Assembly (NCBI GenBank): GCA_040954595.2
Contig: CM082581.2
Location: forward strand, 1,046,699-1,110,698
Direction: 5' to 3'
Length of the DNA stretch: 64,000 bases
DNA from: Balanoglossus misakiensis
Lineage: Eukaryota > Animalia > Hemichordata
Shown here: in pieces, positions 1-15,000 of the stretch
How the letters are laid out: each line of letters begins with the position of its first letter
Position numbering within the stretch: position 1 is the stretch's first letter
Made by a program: the position numbers and the translations under genes
Notes under the pieces: generated by a model
What the model was told of the DNA's origin: nothing
Seen by the model: only the letters and a program-made list of their open reading frames with translations
The model's database searches: none

Positions 1-3000
1 CAAAATTGGCAAAATTTTGAGATTTTGCAAAGTCGAAAATTTGTCATTTTTTGATGATTTTCACCCATGATTTTTTTCAAAAATCGATGAAATTTTGAGA
101 TTTTGCAGTAAAAAAATTGTCATTTTTTGATGATTTTCACCCATGATTTTTTTCAAAATTGACGAAATTTTGAGATTTTGCAGTCGAAAATTTGTCATTT
201 TTTGATCTTTTTCCCCCATGATTTTTTTCAAAAATCGACGAAATTTTCAGATTTTGCAAAGTCGAAAATTTGTCATTTTTTCATGATTTTCACCCATGAT
301 TTTTTCAAAAATCGACGAAATTTTGAGATTTTGCAGTCGAAAATTTGTCATTTTTTGATGATTTTCACCCATGATTTTTTTCAAAAATCGACGAAATTTT
401 GAGATTTTGCAAAGTCGAAAATTTGTCATTTTTTGATGATTTTCACCCATGATTTTCTTCAAAAATCGACGAAATTTTGAGATTTTGCAAAGTCGAAAAT
501 TTGTCATTTTTTGATGATTTTCACCCATGATTTTTTTCAAAAATCGACGAAATTTTGAGATTTTGCAAAGTCGAAAATTTGTCATTTTTTGATGGTTTTC
601 ACCCATGATTTTTTTTCAAAAATCGACGAAATTTTGAGATTTTGCAAAGTCGAAAATGTGTCATTTTTTGATGATTTTCACCCGTTTTTTTTTCAAAATT
701 TGTCATTTTTTCATGATTTTCACCCATGATTTTTTTCAAAAATCGACGAAATTTTGAGATTTTGCAAAGTCGAAAATTTGTCATTTTTTGATGATTTTCA
801 CCCATGATTTTTTTCAAAAATCGACGAAATTTTGAGATTTTGCAAAGTCGAAAATGTGTCATTTTTTGATGATTTTCACCCATGTTTTTTTTTTTAAAAT
901 CGACGAACCTATGATTTTTTTCAAAATCGACGAAATTTTGTGATTTTGCAAAGTCGAAAATTTTGTCATTTTTTGATGATTTTCAACCATGATTTTTTTT
1001 CAAAAATTGACGAAATTTTGAGATTTTGCAAAATCGAAAATTTGTCATTTTTTGATGATTTTCCCCCAATGGTTTTTTTCAAAATCGACGAAATTTTGAG
1101 ATTTTGCAAAGTCGAAAATTTGTCATTTTTTGATGATTTTCCCCCATGATTTTTTTTCAAAAATGGACGAAATTTTGAGATTTTGCAAAGACGAAAATTT
1201 GTCATTTTTTGATGATTTTCACCCATGATTTTTTTTCAAAAATCGACGAAATTTTGAGATTTTGCAAAGTCGAAAATGTGTCATTTTTTGATGATTTTCA
1301 CCCGTTTTTTTTCAAAATTTGTCATTTTTTGATGATTTTCACCCATGATTTTTTTTCAAAAATCGACGAAATTTTGAGATTTTGCAAAGTCGAAAATGTG
1401 TCATTTTTTGATGATTTTCACCCATGATTTTTTTCAAAAATCGACGAAATTTTGAGATTTTGCGAAGTCGAAAATTTGTCATTTTTTGATGATTTTCACC
1501 CATGATTTTTTTCAAAAATCGACGAAATGTTGAGATTTTGCAAAGTCGAAAATTTGTCATTTTTTGATGATTTTCACCCATGATTTTTTTCAAAAATCGA
1601 CGAAATGTTGAGATTTTGCAAAGTCGAAAATTTTGTCATTTTTTGATGATTTTCAACCATGATTTTTTTCAAAAATCGACTAAATGTTGAGATTTTGCAA
1701 AGTCGAAAATGTGTCATTTTTTGATGATTTTCACCCGTTTTTTTTTCAAAATTTGTCATTTTTTCATGATTTTCAACCATGATTTTTTTTCAAAAATCGA
1801 CGAAATTTTGTGATTTTACAAAGTCGAAAATTTTGTCATTTTTTGATGATTTTCAACCATGATTTTTTTTCAAAAATCGACGAAAATTTGAGATTTTGCA
1901 AAGACGAAAATTTGTCATTTTTGATGATTTTTACCCATGATTTTTTTTCAAAAATGGACGAAATTTTGAGATTTTGCAAAGACGAAAATTTGTCATTTTT
2001 TGATGATTTTCACCCATGATTTTTTTTCAAAAATCGACGAAATTTTGAGATTTTGCAAAGACGAAAATTTGTCATTTTTTGATGATTTTCACCCATGATT
2101 TTTTTTCAAAAAACGACGAAATTTTGAGATTTTGCAAAGAGGAAAATTTGTCATTTTTTCATGATTTTCACCCATGATTTTTTTCAAAAATCGACGAAAA
2201 TTTGAGATTTTGCAAAGACGAAAATTTGTCATTTTTGATGATTTTTACCCATGATTTTTTTTCAAAAATGGACGAAATTTTGAGATTTTGCAAAGACGAA
2301 AATTTGTCATTTTTTGATGATTTTCACCAATGATTTTTGTTCAAAAAACGACGAAATTTTGAGATTTTGCAGAGGAAAATGTGTCATTTTTTGATGATTT
2401 TCACCCGTTTTTTTTTTCAAAATTTGTCATTTTTTGATGATTTTCTCCCATGATTTTTTTCAAAAATTGACGAAATTTTGAGATTTTGCAAAGTCGAAAA
2501 TTTGTCATTTTTTGATGATTTTCCCCCATGTTTTTTTTTTTAAATGGACGAAATTTTGAGATTTTGCAAAGACGAAAATTTGTTATTTTTTGATGATTTT
2601 CACCCATGATTTTTTCAAAAATTGACGAAATTTTGAGATTTTGCAAAGTCGAAAATTTGTCATTTTTGATGATTTTCACACATGATTTTTTTCAAAAATC
2701 GACGAAATTGTGAGATTTTGCAAAGACGAAAATTTGTCATTTTTTGATGATTTTCACCCATGATTTTTTTTCAAAAATCGACGAAATTTTGAGATTTTGC
2801 AAAGTCGAAAATGTGTCATTTTTTGATGATTTTCACCCGTTTTTTTTCAAAATTTGTCATTTTTTGATGATTTTCACCCATGATTTTTTTTCAAAAATGG
2901 ACGAAATTTTGAGGTTTTGCAAAGTCGAAAATTTGTCATTTTTTGATGATTTTCACACATGATTTTTTTCAAAAATGGACGAAATTTTGAGATTTTGCAA

Positions 3001-6000
3001 AGTCGAAAATTTGTCATTTTTTGATGATTTTCCCCCATGATTTTTTTTCAAAAATGGACGAAATTTTGAGATTTTGCAAAGACGAAAATTTGTCATTTTT
3101 TGATGATTTTCACCCATGATTTTTTTTCAAAAATCGACGAAATTTTGAGATTTTGCAAAGTCGAAAATGTGTCATTTTTTGATGATTTTCACCCGTTTTT
3201 TTTCAAAATTTGTCATTTTTTGATGATTTTCACCCATGATTTTTTTTCAAAAATCGACGAAATTTTGAGATTTTGCAAAGTCGAAAATGTGTCATTTTTT
3301 GATGATTTTCACCCATGATTTTTTTCAAAAATCGACGAAATTTTGAGATTTTGCGAAGTCGAAAATTTGTCATTTTTTGATGATTTTCTCCCATGATTTT
3401 TTTCAAAAATCGACGAAATGTTGAGATTTTGCAAAGTCGAAAATTTGTCATTTTTTGATGATTTTCACCCATGATTTTTTTTCAAAAATCGACGAAATGT
3501 TGAGATTTTGCAAAGTCGAACATTTTGTCATTTTTTGATGATTTTCAACCATGATTTTTTTCAAAAATCGAATAAATGTTGAGATTTTGCAAAGTCGAAA
3601 ATGTGTCATTTTTTGATGATTTTCACCCGTTTTTTTTTCAAAATTTGTCATTTTTTCATGATTTTCAACCATGATTTTTTTTCAAAAATCGACGAAATTT
3701 TGTGATTTTACAAAGTCGAAAATTTTGTCATTTTTTGATGATTTTCAACCATGATTTTTTTTCAAAAATCGACGAAAATTTGAGATTTTGCAGAGACGAA
3801 AATTTGTCATTTTTTATGATTTTTACCCATGATTTTTTTTCAAAAATGGACGAAATTTTGAGATTTTGCAAAGACGAAAATTTGTCATTTTTTGATGATT
3901 TTCACCCATGATTTTTTTTCAAAAAACGACGAAATTTTGAGATTTTGCAAAGAGGAAAATTTGTCATTTTTTCATGATTTTAACCCATGATTTTTTTCAA
4001 AAATCGACGAAATTTTGAGATTTTGCAAAGAGGAAAATTTGTCATTTTTTCATGATTTTCCCCCATGATTTTTTTCAAAAATCGACGAAAATTTGAGATT
4101 TTGCAAAGACGAAAATTTGTCATTTTTGATGATTTTACCCATGATTTTTTTTCAAAAATGGACGAAATTTTGAGATTTTGCAAAGACGAAAATTTGTCAT
4201 TTTTTGATGATTTTCACCAATGATTTTTGTTCAAAAAACGACGAAATTTTGAGATTTTGCAGAGGAAAATGTGTCATTTTTTGATGATTTTCACCCGTTT
4301 TTTTTTTCAAAATTTGTCATTTTTTGATGATTTTCTCCCATGATTTTTTTCAAAAATTGACGAAATTTTGAGATTTTGCAAAGTCGAAAATTTGTCATTT
4401 TTTGATGATTTTCACCCATGTTTTTTTTCAAAAATCGACGAAATTTTGAGATTTTGCAAAGTCGAAAATTTGTCATTTTTTGATGATTTTCCCCCATGTT
4501 TTTTTTTTAAATGGACGAAATTTTGAGATTTTGCAAAGACGAAAATTTGTTATTTTTTGATGATTTTCACCCATGATTTTTTCAAAAATTGACGAAATTT
4601 TGAGATTTTGCAAAGTCGAAAATTTGTCATTTTTGATGATTTTCACACATGATTTTTTTCAAAAATCGACGAAATTGTGAGATTTTGCAAAGACGAAAAT
4701 TTGTCATTTTTTGATGATTTTTACCCATGATTTTTTTTCAAAAATGGACGAAATTTTGAGGTTTTGCAAAGTCGAAAATTTGTCATTTTTTGATGATTTT
4801 CACACATGATTTTTTTCAAAAATCGACGAAATTGTGAGATTTTGCAAAGACGAAAATTTGTCATTTTTTGATGATTTTTACCCATGATTTTTTTTCAAAA
4901 ATGGACGAAATTTTGAGGTTTTGCAAAGTCGAAAATTTGTTATTTTTTGATGATTTTCACCCATGTCTTTTTTTAAAAATCGACGAAATTTTGAGATTTT
5001 GCAAAGAGGAAAATTTGTCATTTTTTCATGATTTTCCCCCATGATTTTTTTCAAAAATCGACGAAATTTTGAGATTTTGCAAAGTCGACGAAAATGTGTC
5101 ATTTTTTGATGATTTTCAACCGTTTTTTTTCAAAATTTGTCATTTTTTTGATGATTTTCACCCATGTTTTTTTTTTAAAAAATCGACGAACCTATGATTT
5201 TTTTCAAAATCGACGAAATTTTGTGATTTTACAAAGTCGAAAATTTTGTCATTTTTTGATGATTTTCAACCATGATTTTTTTTCAAAAATCGACGAAAAT
5301 TTGAGATTTTGCAAAGACGAAAATTTGTCATTTTTGATGATTTTTACCCATGATTTTTTTTCAAAAATGGACGAAATTTTGAGATTTTGCAAAGACGAAA
5401 ATTTGTCATTTTTTGATGATTTTCACCCATGATTTTTTTTCAAAAATCGACGAAATTTTGAGATTTTGCAAAGAGGAAAATTTGTCATTTTTTCATGATT
5501 TTCCCCCATGATTTTTTTCAAAAATCGACGAAATTTTGTGATTTTACAAAGTCGAAAATTTTGTCATTTTTTGATGATTTTCTCCCATGATTTTTTTCAA
5601 AAATTGACGAAATTTTGAGATTTTGCAAAGTCGAAAATTTGTCATTTTTGATGATTTTTACCCATGATTTTTTTTCAAAAATGGACGAAATTTTGAGATT
5701 TTGCAAAGACGAAAATTTGTCATTTTTTGATGATTTTCACCAATGATTTTTTTTCAAAAAACGACGAAATTTTGAGATTTTGCAGAGGAAAATGTGTCAT
5801 TTTTTGATGATTTTCAACCGTTTTTTTTCAAAATTTGTCATTTTTTTGATGATTTTCACCCATGTTTTTTTTTTAAAAAATCGACGAACCTATGATTTTT
5901 TTCAAAATCGACGAAATTTTGTGATTTTACAAAGTCGAAAATTTTGTCATTTTTTGATGATTTTCAACCATGATTTTTTTTCAAAAATCGACGAAAATTT

Positions 6001-9000
6001 GAGATTTTGCAAAGACGAAAATTTGTCATTTTTGATGATTTTTACCCATGATTTTTTTTCAAAAATGGACGAAATTTTGAGATTTTGCAAAGACGAAAAT
6101 TTGTCATTTTTTGATGATTTTCACCCATGATTTTTTTTCAAAAATCGACGAAATTTTGAGATTTTGCAAAGAGGAAAATTTGTCATTTTTTCATGATTTT
6201 CCCCCATGATTTTTTTCAAAAATCGACGAAATTTTGTGATTTTACAAAGTCGAAAATTTTGTCATTTTTTGATGATTTTCTCCCATGATTTTTTTCAAAA
6301 ATTGACGAAATTTTGAGATTTTGCAAAGTCGAAAATTTGTCATTTTTGATGATTTTTACCCATGATTTTTTTTCAAAAATGGACGAAATTTTGAGATTTT
6401 GCAAAGACGAAAATTTGTCATTTTTTGATGATTTTCACCAATGATTTTTTTTCAAAAAACGACGAAATTTTGAGATTTTGCAGAGGAAAATGTGTCATTT
6501 TTTGATGATTTTCACCCGTTTTTTTTCAAAATTTGTTATTTTTTGATGATTTTCACCCATGTTTTTTTTTAAAAAAATCGACGAACCTATGATTTTTTTC
6601 AAAATCGACAATATTTTGTGATTTTACAAAGTCGAAAATTTTGTCATTTTTTGATGATTTTCAACCATGATTTTTTTTCAAAAATCGACGAAAATTTGAG
6701 ATTTTGCAAAGACAAAAATTTGTCATTTTTGATGATTTTTACCCATGATTTTTTTTCAAAAATGGACGAAATTTTGAGATTTTGCAAAGAGGAAAATTTG
6801 TCATTTTTTCATGATTTTCCCCCATGATTTTTTTCAAAAATCGACGAAATTTTGTGATTTTACAAAGTCGAAAATTTTGTCATTTTTTGATGATTTTCAA
6901 CCATGATTTTTTTTCAAAAATCGACGAAAATTTGAGATTTTGCAAAGACGAAAATTTGTCATTTTTGATGATTTTTACCCATGATTTTTTTTCAAAAATG
7001 GACGAAATTTTGAGATTTTGCAAAGACGAAAATTTGTCATTTTTTGATGATTTTCACCCATGATTTTTTTTCAAAAATCGACGAAATTTTGAGATTTTGC
7101 AAAGTCGTAAATGTGTCATTTTTTGATGATTTTCACCAGTTTTTTTTTTCAAAATTTGTCATTTTTTGATGATTTTCTCCCATGATTTTTTTCAAAAATT
7201 GACGAAATTTTGAGATTTTGCAAAGTCGAAAATTTGTCATTTTTGATGATTTTTACCCATGATTTTTTTTCAAAAATGGACGAAATTTTGAGATTTTGCA
7301 AAGACGAAAATTTGTCATTTTTTGATGATTTTCACCAATGATTTTTTTTCAAAAAACGACGAAATTTTGAGATTTTGCAGAGGAAAATGTGTCATTTTTT
7401 GATGATTTTCACCCGTTTTTTTTTTCAAAATTTGTCATTTTTTGATGATTTTCTCCCATGATTTTTTTCAAAAATTGACGAAATTTTGAGATTTTGCAAA
7501 GTCGAAAATTTGTCATTTTTTGATGATTTTCACCCATGATTTTTTTCAAAAATCGACGAAATTTTGAGATTTTGCAAAGTCGAAAATTTGTCATTTTTTG
7601 ATGATTTTCAACCATGATTTTTTTCAAAAATCGACGAAATTTTGAGATTTTGCAAAGAGGAAAATTTGTCATTTTTTCATGATTTTCCCCCATGATTTTT
7701 TTCAAAAATCGACGAAAATTTGAGATTTTGCAAAGACGAAAATTTGTCATTTTTGATGATTTTTACCCATGATTTTTTTTCAAAAATGGACGAAATTTTG
7801 AGATTTTGCAAAGACGAAAATTTGTCATTTTTTGATGATTTTCACCAATGATTTTTTTTTCAAAATTTGTCATTTTTTGATGATTTTCTCCCATGATTTT
7901 TTTCAAAAATTGACGAAATTTTGAGATTTTGCAAAGTCGAAAATTTGTCATTTTTTGATGATTTTCACCCATGTTTTTTTTCAAAAATCGACGAAATTTT
8001 GAGATTTTGCAAAGTCGAAAATTTGTCATTTTTTGATGATTTTCCCCCATGTTTTTTTTTTTAAATGGACGAAATTTTGAGATTTTGCAAAGACGAAAAT
8101 TTGTTATTTTTTGATGATTTTCACCCATGATTTTTTCAAAAATTGACGAAATTTTGAGATTTTGCAAAGTCGAAAATTTGTCATTTTTGATGATTTTCAC
8201 ACATGATTTTTTTTCAAAAATCGACGAAATTGTGAGATTTTGCAAAGACGAAAATTTGTCATTTTTTGATGATTTTTACCCATGATTTTTTTTCAAAAAT
8301 GGACGAAATTTTGAGGTTTTGCAAAGTCGAAAATTTGTCATTTTTTGATGATTTTCACACATGATTTTTTTCAAAAATCGACGAAATTGTGAGATTTTGC
8401 AAAGACGAAAATTTGTCATTTTTTGATGATTTTTACCCATGATTTTTTTTCAAAAATGGACGAAATTTTGAGGTTTTGCAAAGTCGAAAATTTGTTATTT
8501 TTTGATGATTTTCACCCATGTCTTTTTTTAAAAATCGACGAAATTTTGAGATTTTGCAAAGAGGAAAATTTGTCATTTTTTCATGATTTTCCCCCATGAT
8601 TTTTTTCAAAAATTGACGAAATTTTGAGATTTTGCAAAGTCGAAAATTTGTCATTTTTTGATGATTTTCACCCATGATTTTTTTTCACAAATCGACGAAA
8701 TTTTGAGATTTTGCAAAGAGAAAAATTTGTCATTTTTTCATGATTTTCCCCCATGATTTTTTTAAAAAATCGACGAAATTTTGTGATTTTACAAAGTCGA
8801 AAATTTTGTCATTTTTTGATGATTTTCAACCATGATTTTTTTTCAAAAATCGACGAAAACTTGAGATTTTGCAAAGACGAAAATTTGTCATTTTTGATGA
8901 TTTTTACCCATGATTTTTTTTCAAAAATGGACGAAATTTTGAGATTTTGCAAAGACGAAAATTTGTCATTTTTTGATGATTTTCACCCATGATTTTTTTT

Positions 9001-12000
9001 CAAAAATCGACGAAATTTTGAGATTTTGCAAAGTCGTAAATGTGTCATTTTTTGATGATTTTCACCCATGATTTTTTTTCAAAAATCGACGAAATTTTGA
9101 GATTTTGCAGAGAGGAAAATTTGTCATTTTTTCATGATTTTCCCCCATGATTTTTATCAAAAATCGACGAAATTTTGAGATTTTGCAAAGTCGAAAATTT
9201 GTCATTTTTTGATGATTTTCACCCATGATTTTTTCAAAAATTGACGAAATGTTGAGATTTTGCAAAGTCGAAAATTTGTCATTTTTTGATAATTTTCACC
9301 CATGATTTTTTTCAAAAAAGGACGAAATTTTGAGATTTTGCAAAGAGGAAAATTTGTCATTTTTTCATGATTTTCCCCCATGATTTTTTTCAAAAATCGA
9401 CGAAATTTTGAGATTTTGCAAAGTCGAAAATTTTGTCATTTTTTGATGATTTTTCAACCATGATTTTTTTTCAAAAATCGACGAAAATTTGAGATTTTGC
9501 AAAGATGAAAATTTGTCATTTTTGATGATTTTTACCCATAATTTTTTTTCAGAAATGGACGAAATTTTGAGATTTTGCAAAGACGAAAATTTGTCATTTT
9601 TTGATGATTTTCACCCGTTTTTTTTTCAAAATTTGTCATTTTTTGATGATTTTCACCCATGTTTTTTTTAAAAAAATCGACGAACCTTTGATTTGTTTCA
9701 AAATCGACGAAATTTTGTGATTTTACAAAGTCGAAAATTTTGTCATTTTTTGATGATTTTCAACCATGATTTTTTTTCAAAAATCGACGAAAATTTGAGA
9801 TTTTGCAAAGACGAAAATTTGTCATTTTTGATGATTTTTACCCATGATTTTTTTTCAAAAATGGACGAAATTTTGAGATTTTGCAAAGACGAACATTTGT
9901 CATTTTTTGATGATTTTCACCCATGATTTTTTTTCACAAATCGACGAAATTTTGAGATTTTGCAAAGAGGAAAATTTGTCATTTTTTCATGATTTTCCCC
10001 CATGATTTTTTTAAAAAATCGACGAAATTTTGTGATTTTACAAAGTCGAAAATTTTGTCATTTTTTGATGATTTTCAACCATGATTTTTTTTCAAAAATC
10101 GACGAAAACTTGAGATTTTGCAAAGACGAAAATTTGTCATTTTTGATGATTTTTACCCATGATTTTTTTTCAAAAATGGACGAAATTTTGAGATTTTGCA
10201 AAGACGAAAATTTGTCATTTTTTGATGATTTTCACCCATGATTTTTTTTCAAAAATCGACGAAATTTTGAGATTTTGCAAAGTCGTAAATGTGTCATTTT
10301 TTGATGATTTTCACCAGTTTTTTTTTTCAAAATTTGTCATTTTTTCATGATTTTCCCCCGATTTTTTTCAAAAATCGACGAAAATTTGAGATTTTGCAAA
10401 GACGAAAATTTGTCATTTTTGATCATTTTTACCCATGATTTTTTTTCAAAAATGGACGAAATTTTGAGATTTTGCAAAGACGAAAATTTGTCATTTTTTG
10501 ATGATTTTCACCAATGATTTTTTTTCAAAAAACGACGAAATTTTGAGATTTTGCAGAGGAAAATGTGTCATTTTTTGATGATTTTCACCCGTTTTTTTTT
10601 CAAAATTTGTAATTTTTTGATGATTTTCACCCATGTTTTTTTTTTAAAAATCGACGAACCTATGATTTTTTTCAAAATCGACGAAATTTTGTGATTTTAC
10701 AAAGTCGAAAATTTTGTCATTTTTTGATGATTTTCAACCATGATTTTTTTTCAAAAATCGACGAAAATTTGAGATTTTGCAAAGACGAAAATTTGTCATT
10801 TTTGATGATTTTTACCCATGATTTTTTTTCAAAAATGGACGAAATTTTGAGATTTTGCAAAGACGAAAATTTGTCATTTTTTGATGATTTTCACCATGAT
10901 TTTTTTTCAAAAATCGACGAAATTTTGAGATTTTGCAAAGTCGAAAATTTGTCATTTTTTGATGATTTTCACCCATGATTTTTTTTCAAAAATCGACGAA
11001 ATTTTGAGATTTTGCAGAGAGGAAAATTTGTCATTTTTTCATGATTTTCCCCCATGATTTTTTTCAAAAATCGACGAAATTTTGAGATTTTGCAAAGTCG
11101 AAAATTTGTCATTTTTTGATGATTTTCACCCATGATTTTTTCAAAAATTGACGAAATGTTGAGATTTTGCAAAGTCGAAAATTTGTCATTTTTTGATAAT
11201 TTTCACCCATGATTTTTTTCAAAAATGGACGAAATTTTGAGATTTTGCAAAGAGGAAAATTTGTCATTTTTTCATGATTTTCCCCCATGATTTTTTTCAA
11301 AAATCGACGAAATTTTGAGATTTTGCAAAGAGGAAAATTTGTCATTTTTTCATGATTTTCCCCCATGATTTTTTTAAAAAATCGACGAAATTTTGTGATT
11401 TTACGAAGTCGAAAATTTTGTCATTTTTTGATGATTTTCAACCATGATTTTTTTTCAAAAATCGACGAAAACTTGAGATTTTGCAAAGACGAAAATTTGT
11501 CATTTTTGATGATTTTTACCCATGATTTTTTTTCAAAAATGGACGAAATTTTGAGATTTTGCAAAGACGAAAATTTGTCATTTTTTGATGATTTTCACCC
11601 ATGATTTTTTTTCGAAAATCGACGAAATTTTGAGATTTTGCAAAGTCGTAAATGTGTCATTTTTTGATGATTTTCACCAGTTTTTTTTTTCAAAATTTGT
11701 CATTTTTTCATGATTTTCCCCCATGATTTTTTTCAAAAATCGACGAAAATTTGAGATTTTGCAAAGACGAAAATTTGTCATTTTTGATGATTTTTACCCA
11801 TGATTTTTTTTCAAAAATGGACGAAATTTTGAGATTTTGCAAAGACGAAAATTTGTCATTTTTTGATGATTTTCACCAATGATTTTTTTTCAAAAAACGA
11901 CGAAATTTTGAGATTTTGCAGAGGAAAATGTGTCATTTTTTGATGATTTTCACCCGTTTTTTTTTCAAAATTTGTAATTTTTTGATGATTTTCACCCATG

Positions 12001-15000
12001 TTTTTTTTTTAAAAATCGACGAACCTATGATTTTTTTCAAAATCGACGAAATTTTGTGATTTTACAAAGTCGAAAATTTTGTCATTTTTTGATGATTTTC
12101 AACCATGATTTTTTTTCAAAAATCGACGAAAATTTGAGATTTTGCAAAGACGAAAATTTGTCATTTTTGATGATTTTTACCCATGATTTTTTTTCAAAAA
12201 TGGACGAAATTTTGAGATTTTGCAAAGACGAAAATTTGTCATTTTTTGATGATTTTCACCATGATTTTTTTTCAAAAATCGACGAAATTTTGAGATTTTG
12301 CAAAGTCGAAAATTTGTCATTTTTTGATGATTTTCACCCATGATTTTTTTTCAAAAATCGACGAAATTTTGAGATTTTGCAGAGAGGAAAATTTGTCATT
12401 TTTTCATGATTTTCCCCCATGATTTTTTTCAAAAATCGACGAAATTTTGAGATTTTGCAAAGTCGAAAATTTGTCATTTTTTGATGATTTTCACCCATGA
12501 TTTTTTCAAAAATTGACGAAATGTTGAGATTTTGCAAAGTCGAAAATTTGTCATTTTTTGATAATTTTCACCCATGATTTTTTTCAAAAATGGACGAAAT
12601 TTTGAGATTTTGCAAAGAGGAAAATTTGTCATTTTTTCATGATTTTCCCCCATGATTTTTTTCAAAAATCGACGAAATTTTGAGATTTTGCAAAGTCGAA
12701 AATTTTGTCATTTTTTGATGATTTTTCAACCATGATTTTTTTTCAAAAATCGACGAAAATTTGAGATTTTGCAAAGATGAAAATTTGTCATTTTTGATGA
12801 TTTTTACCCATAATTTTTTTTCAGAAATGGACGAAATTTTGAGATTTTGCAAAGACGAAAATTTGTCATTTTTTGATGATTTTCACCCATGATTTTTTTT
12901 CAAAAATCGACGAAATTTTGAGATTTTGCAAAGTCGAAAATGTGTCATTTTTTGATGATTTTCACCCCGTTTTTTTTTCAAAATTTGTCATTTTTTGATG
13001 ATTTTTACCCATGATTTTTTTTCAAAAATGGACGAAATTTTGAGATTTTGCAAAGTCGAAAATTTGTTATTTTTTGATGATTTTCACCCATGTCTTTTTT
13101 TAAAAATCGACGAACTTTTGAGATTTTGCAAAGAGGAAAATTTGTCATTTTTTTCATGATTTTCCCCCATGATTTTTTTCAAAAATTGACGAAATTTTGA
13201 GATTTTGCAAAGTCGACGAAAATGTGTCATTTTTTGATGATTTTCACCCGTTTTTTTTCAAAAATCGACGAAATTTTGAGATTTTGCAAAATCGAAAATT
13301 TGTCATTTTTTGATGATTTTCACCCATGATTTTTTTTTAAAAATCGACGAAATTTTGAGATTTTGCAAAGTCGTAAATGTGTCATTTTTTGATGATTTTC
13401 ACCCGTTTTTTTTTCAAAAATCGACGAAATTTTGAGATTTTGCAAAGTCGTAAATGTGTCATTTTTTGATGATTTTCACCCGTTTTTTTTCAAAATTTGT
13501 CATTTTTTGATGATTTTCACCCATGATTTTCTTCAAAAATCGACGAAATTTTGAGATTTTGCAAAGTCGAAAATTTGTCATTTTTTGATGATTTTCACCT
13601 ATGATTTTTTTTCAAAAATCAACAAAATTTTGAGATTTTGCAAAGTCGAAAATTTGTCATTTTTGATGATTTTTACCCATGATTTTTTTTCAAAAATGGA
13701 CGAAATTTTGAGATTTTGCAAAGACGAAAATTTGTCATTTTTTGATGATTTTCACCCCTGATTTTTTTTCAAAAATCGACGAAATTTTTAGATTTTGCAA
13801 AGTCGAACATTTGTCATTTTTTGATGATTTTTACCCATGTTTTTATTTAAAAAAATCGACGAACCCATGATTTTTTTCAAAACCGACGAAATTTTGAGAT
13901 TTTGCAAAGTCGAAAATTTGTCATTTTTTGATGATTTTCACCCATGATTTTTTTCAAAAATCGACGAAATTTTGAGATTTTGCAGTCAAAAATTTGTCAT
14001 TTTTTGATGATTTTCAGCCATATTATTTTTCAAAAACCGACGAAATTTTGAGATTTTGCAAAGACGAAAATTTGTCATTTTTTGATGATTTTCACCCATG
14101 ATTTTTTCAAAAATTGACGAAATTTTGAGATTTTGCAAAGTCGAAAATTTGTCATTTTTTGATGATTTTCACCCATGATTTTTTCAAAAATTGACGAAAT
14201 TTTGAGATTTTGCAGAGGAAAATTTGTCATTTTTTCATGATTTTCCCCCATGATTTTTTTCAAAAATTGACGAAATTTTGAGATTTTGCAAAGTCGAAAA
14301 TTTGTCATTTTTTGATGATTTTCACCCATGATTTTTTTTCACAAATCGACGAAATTTTGAGATTTTGCAAAGAGGAAAATTTGTCATTTTTTCATGATTT
14401 TCCCCCATGATTTTTTTAAAAAATCGACGAAATTTTGTGATTTTACAAAGTCGAAAATTTTGTCATTTTTTGATGATTTTCAACCATGATTTTTTTTCAA
14501 AAATCGACGAAAACTTGAGATTTTGCAAAGACGAAAATTTGTCATTTTTGATGATTTTTACCCATGATTTTTTTTCAAAAATGGACGAAATTTTGAGATT
14601 TTGCAAAGACGAAAATTTGTCATTTTTTGATGATTTTCACCCATGATTTTTTTTCAAAAATCGACGAAATTTTGAGATTTTGCAAAGTCGTAAATGTGTC
14701 ATTTTTTGATGATTTTCACCCATGATTTTTTTTCAAAAATCGACGAAATTTTGAGATTTTGCAGAGAGGAAAATTTGTCATTTTTTCATGATTTTCCCCC
14801 ATGATTTTTTTCAAAAATCGACGAAATTTTGAGATTTTGCAAAGTCGAAAATTTGTCATTTTTTGATGATTTTCACCCATGATTTTTTCAAATTGACGAA
14901 ATGTTGAGATTTTGCAAAGTCGAAAATTTGTCATTTTTTGATAATTTTCACCCATGATTTTTTTCAAAAAAGGACGAAATTTTGAGATTTTGCAGAGAGG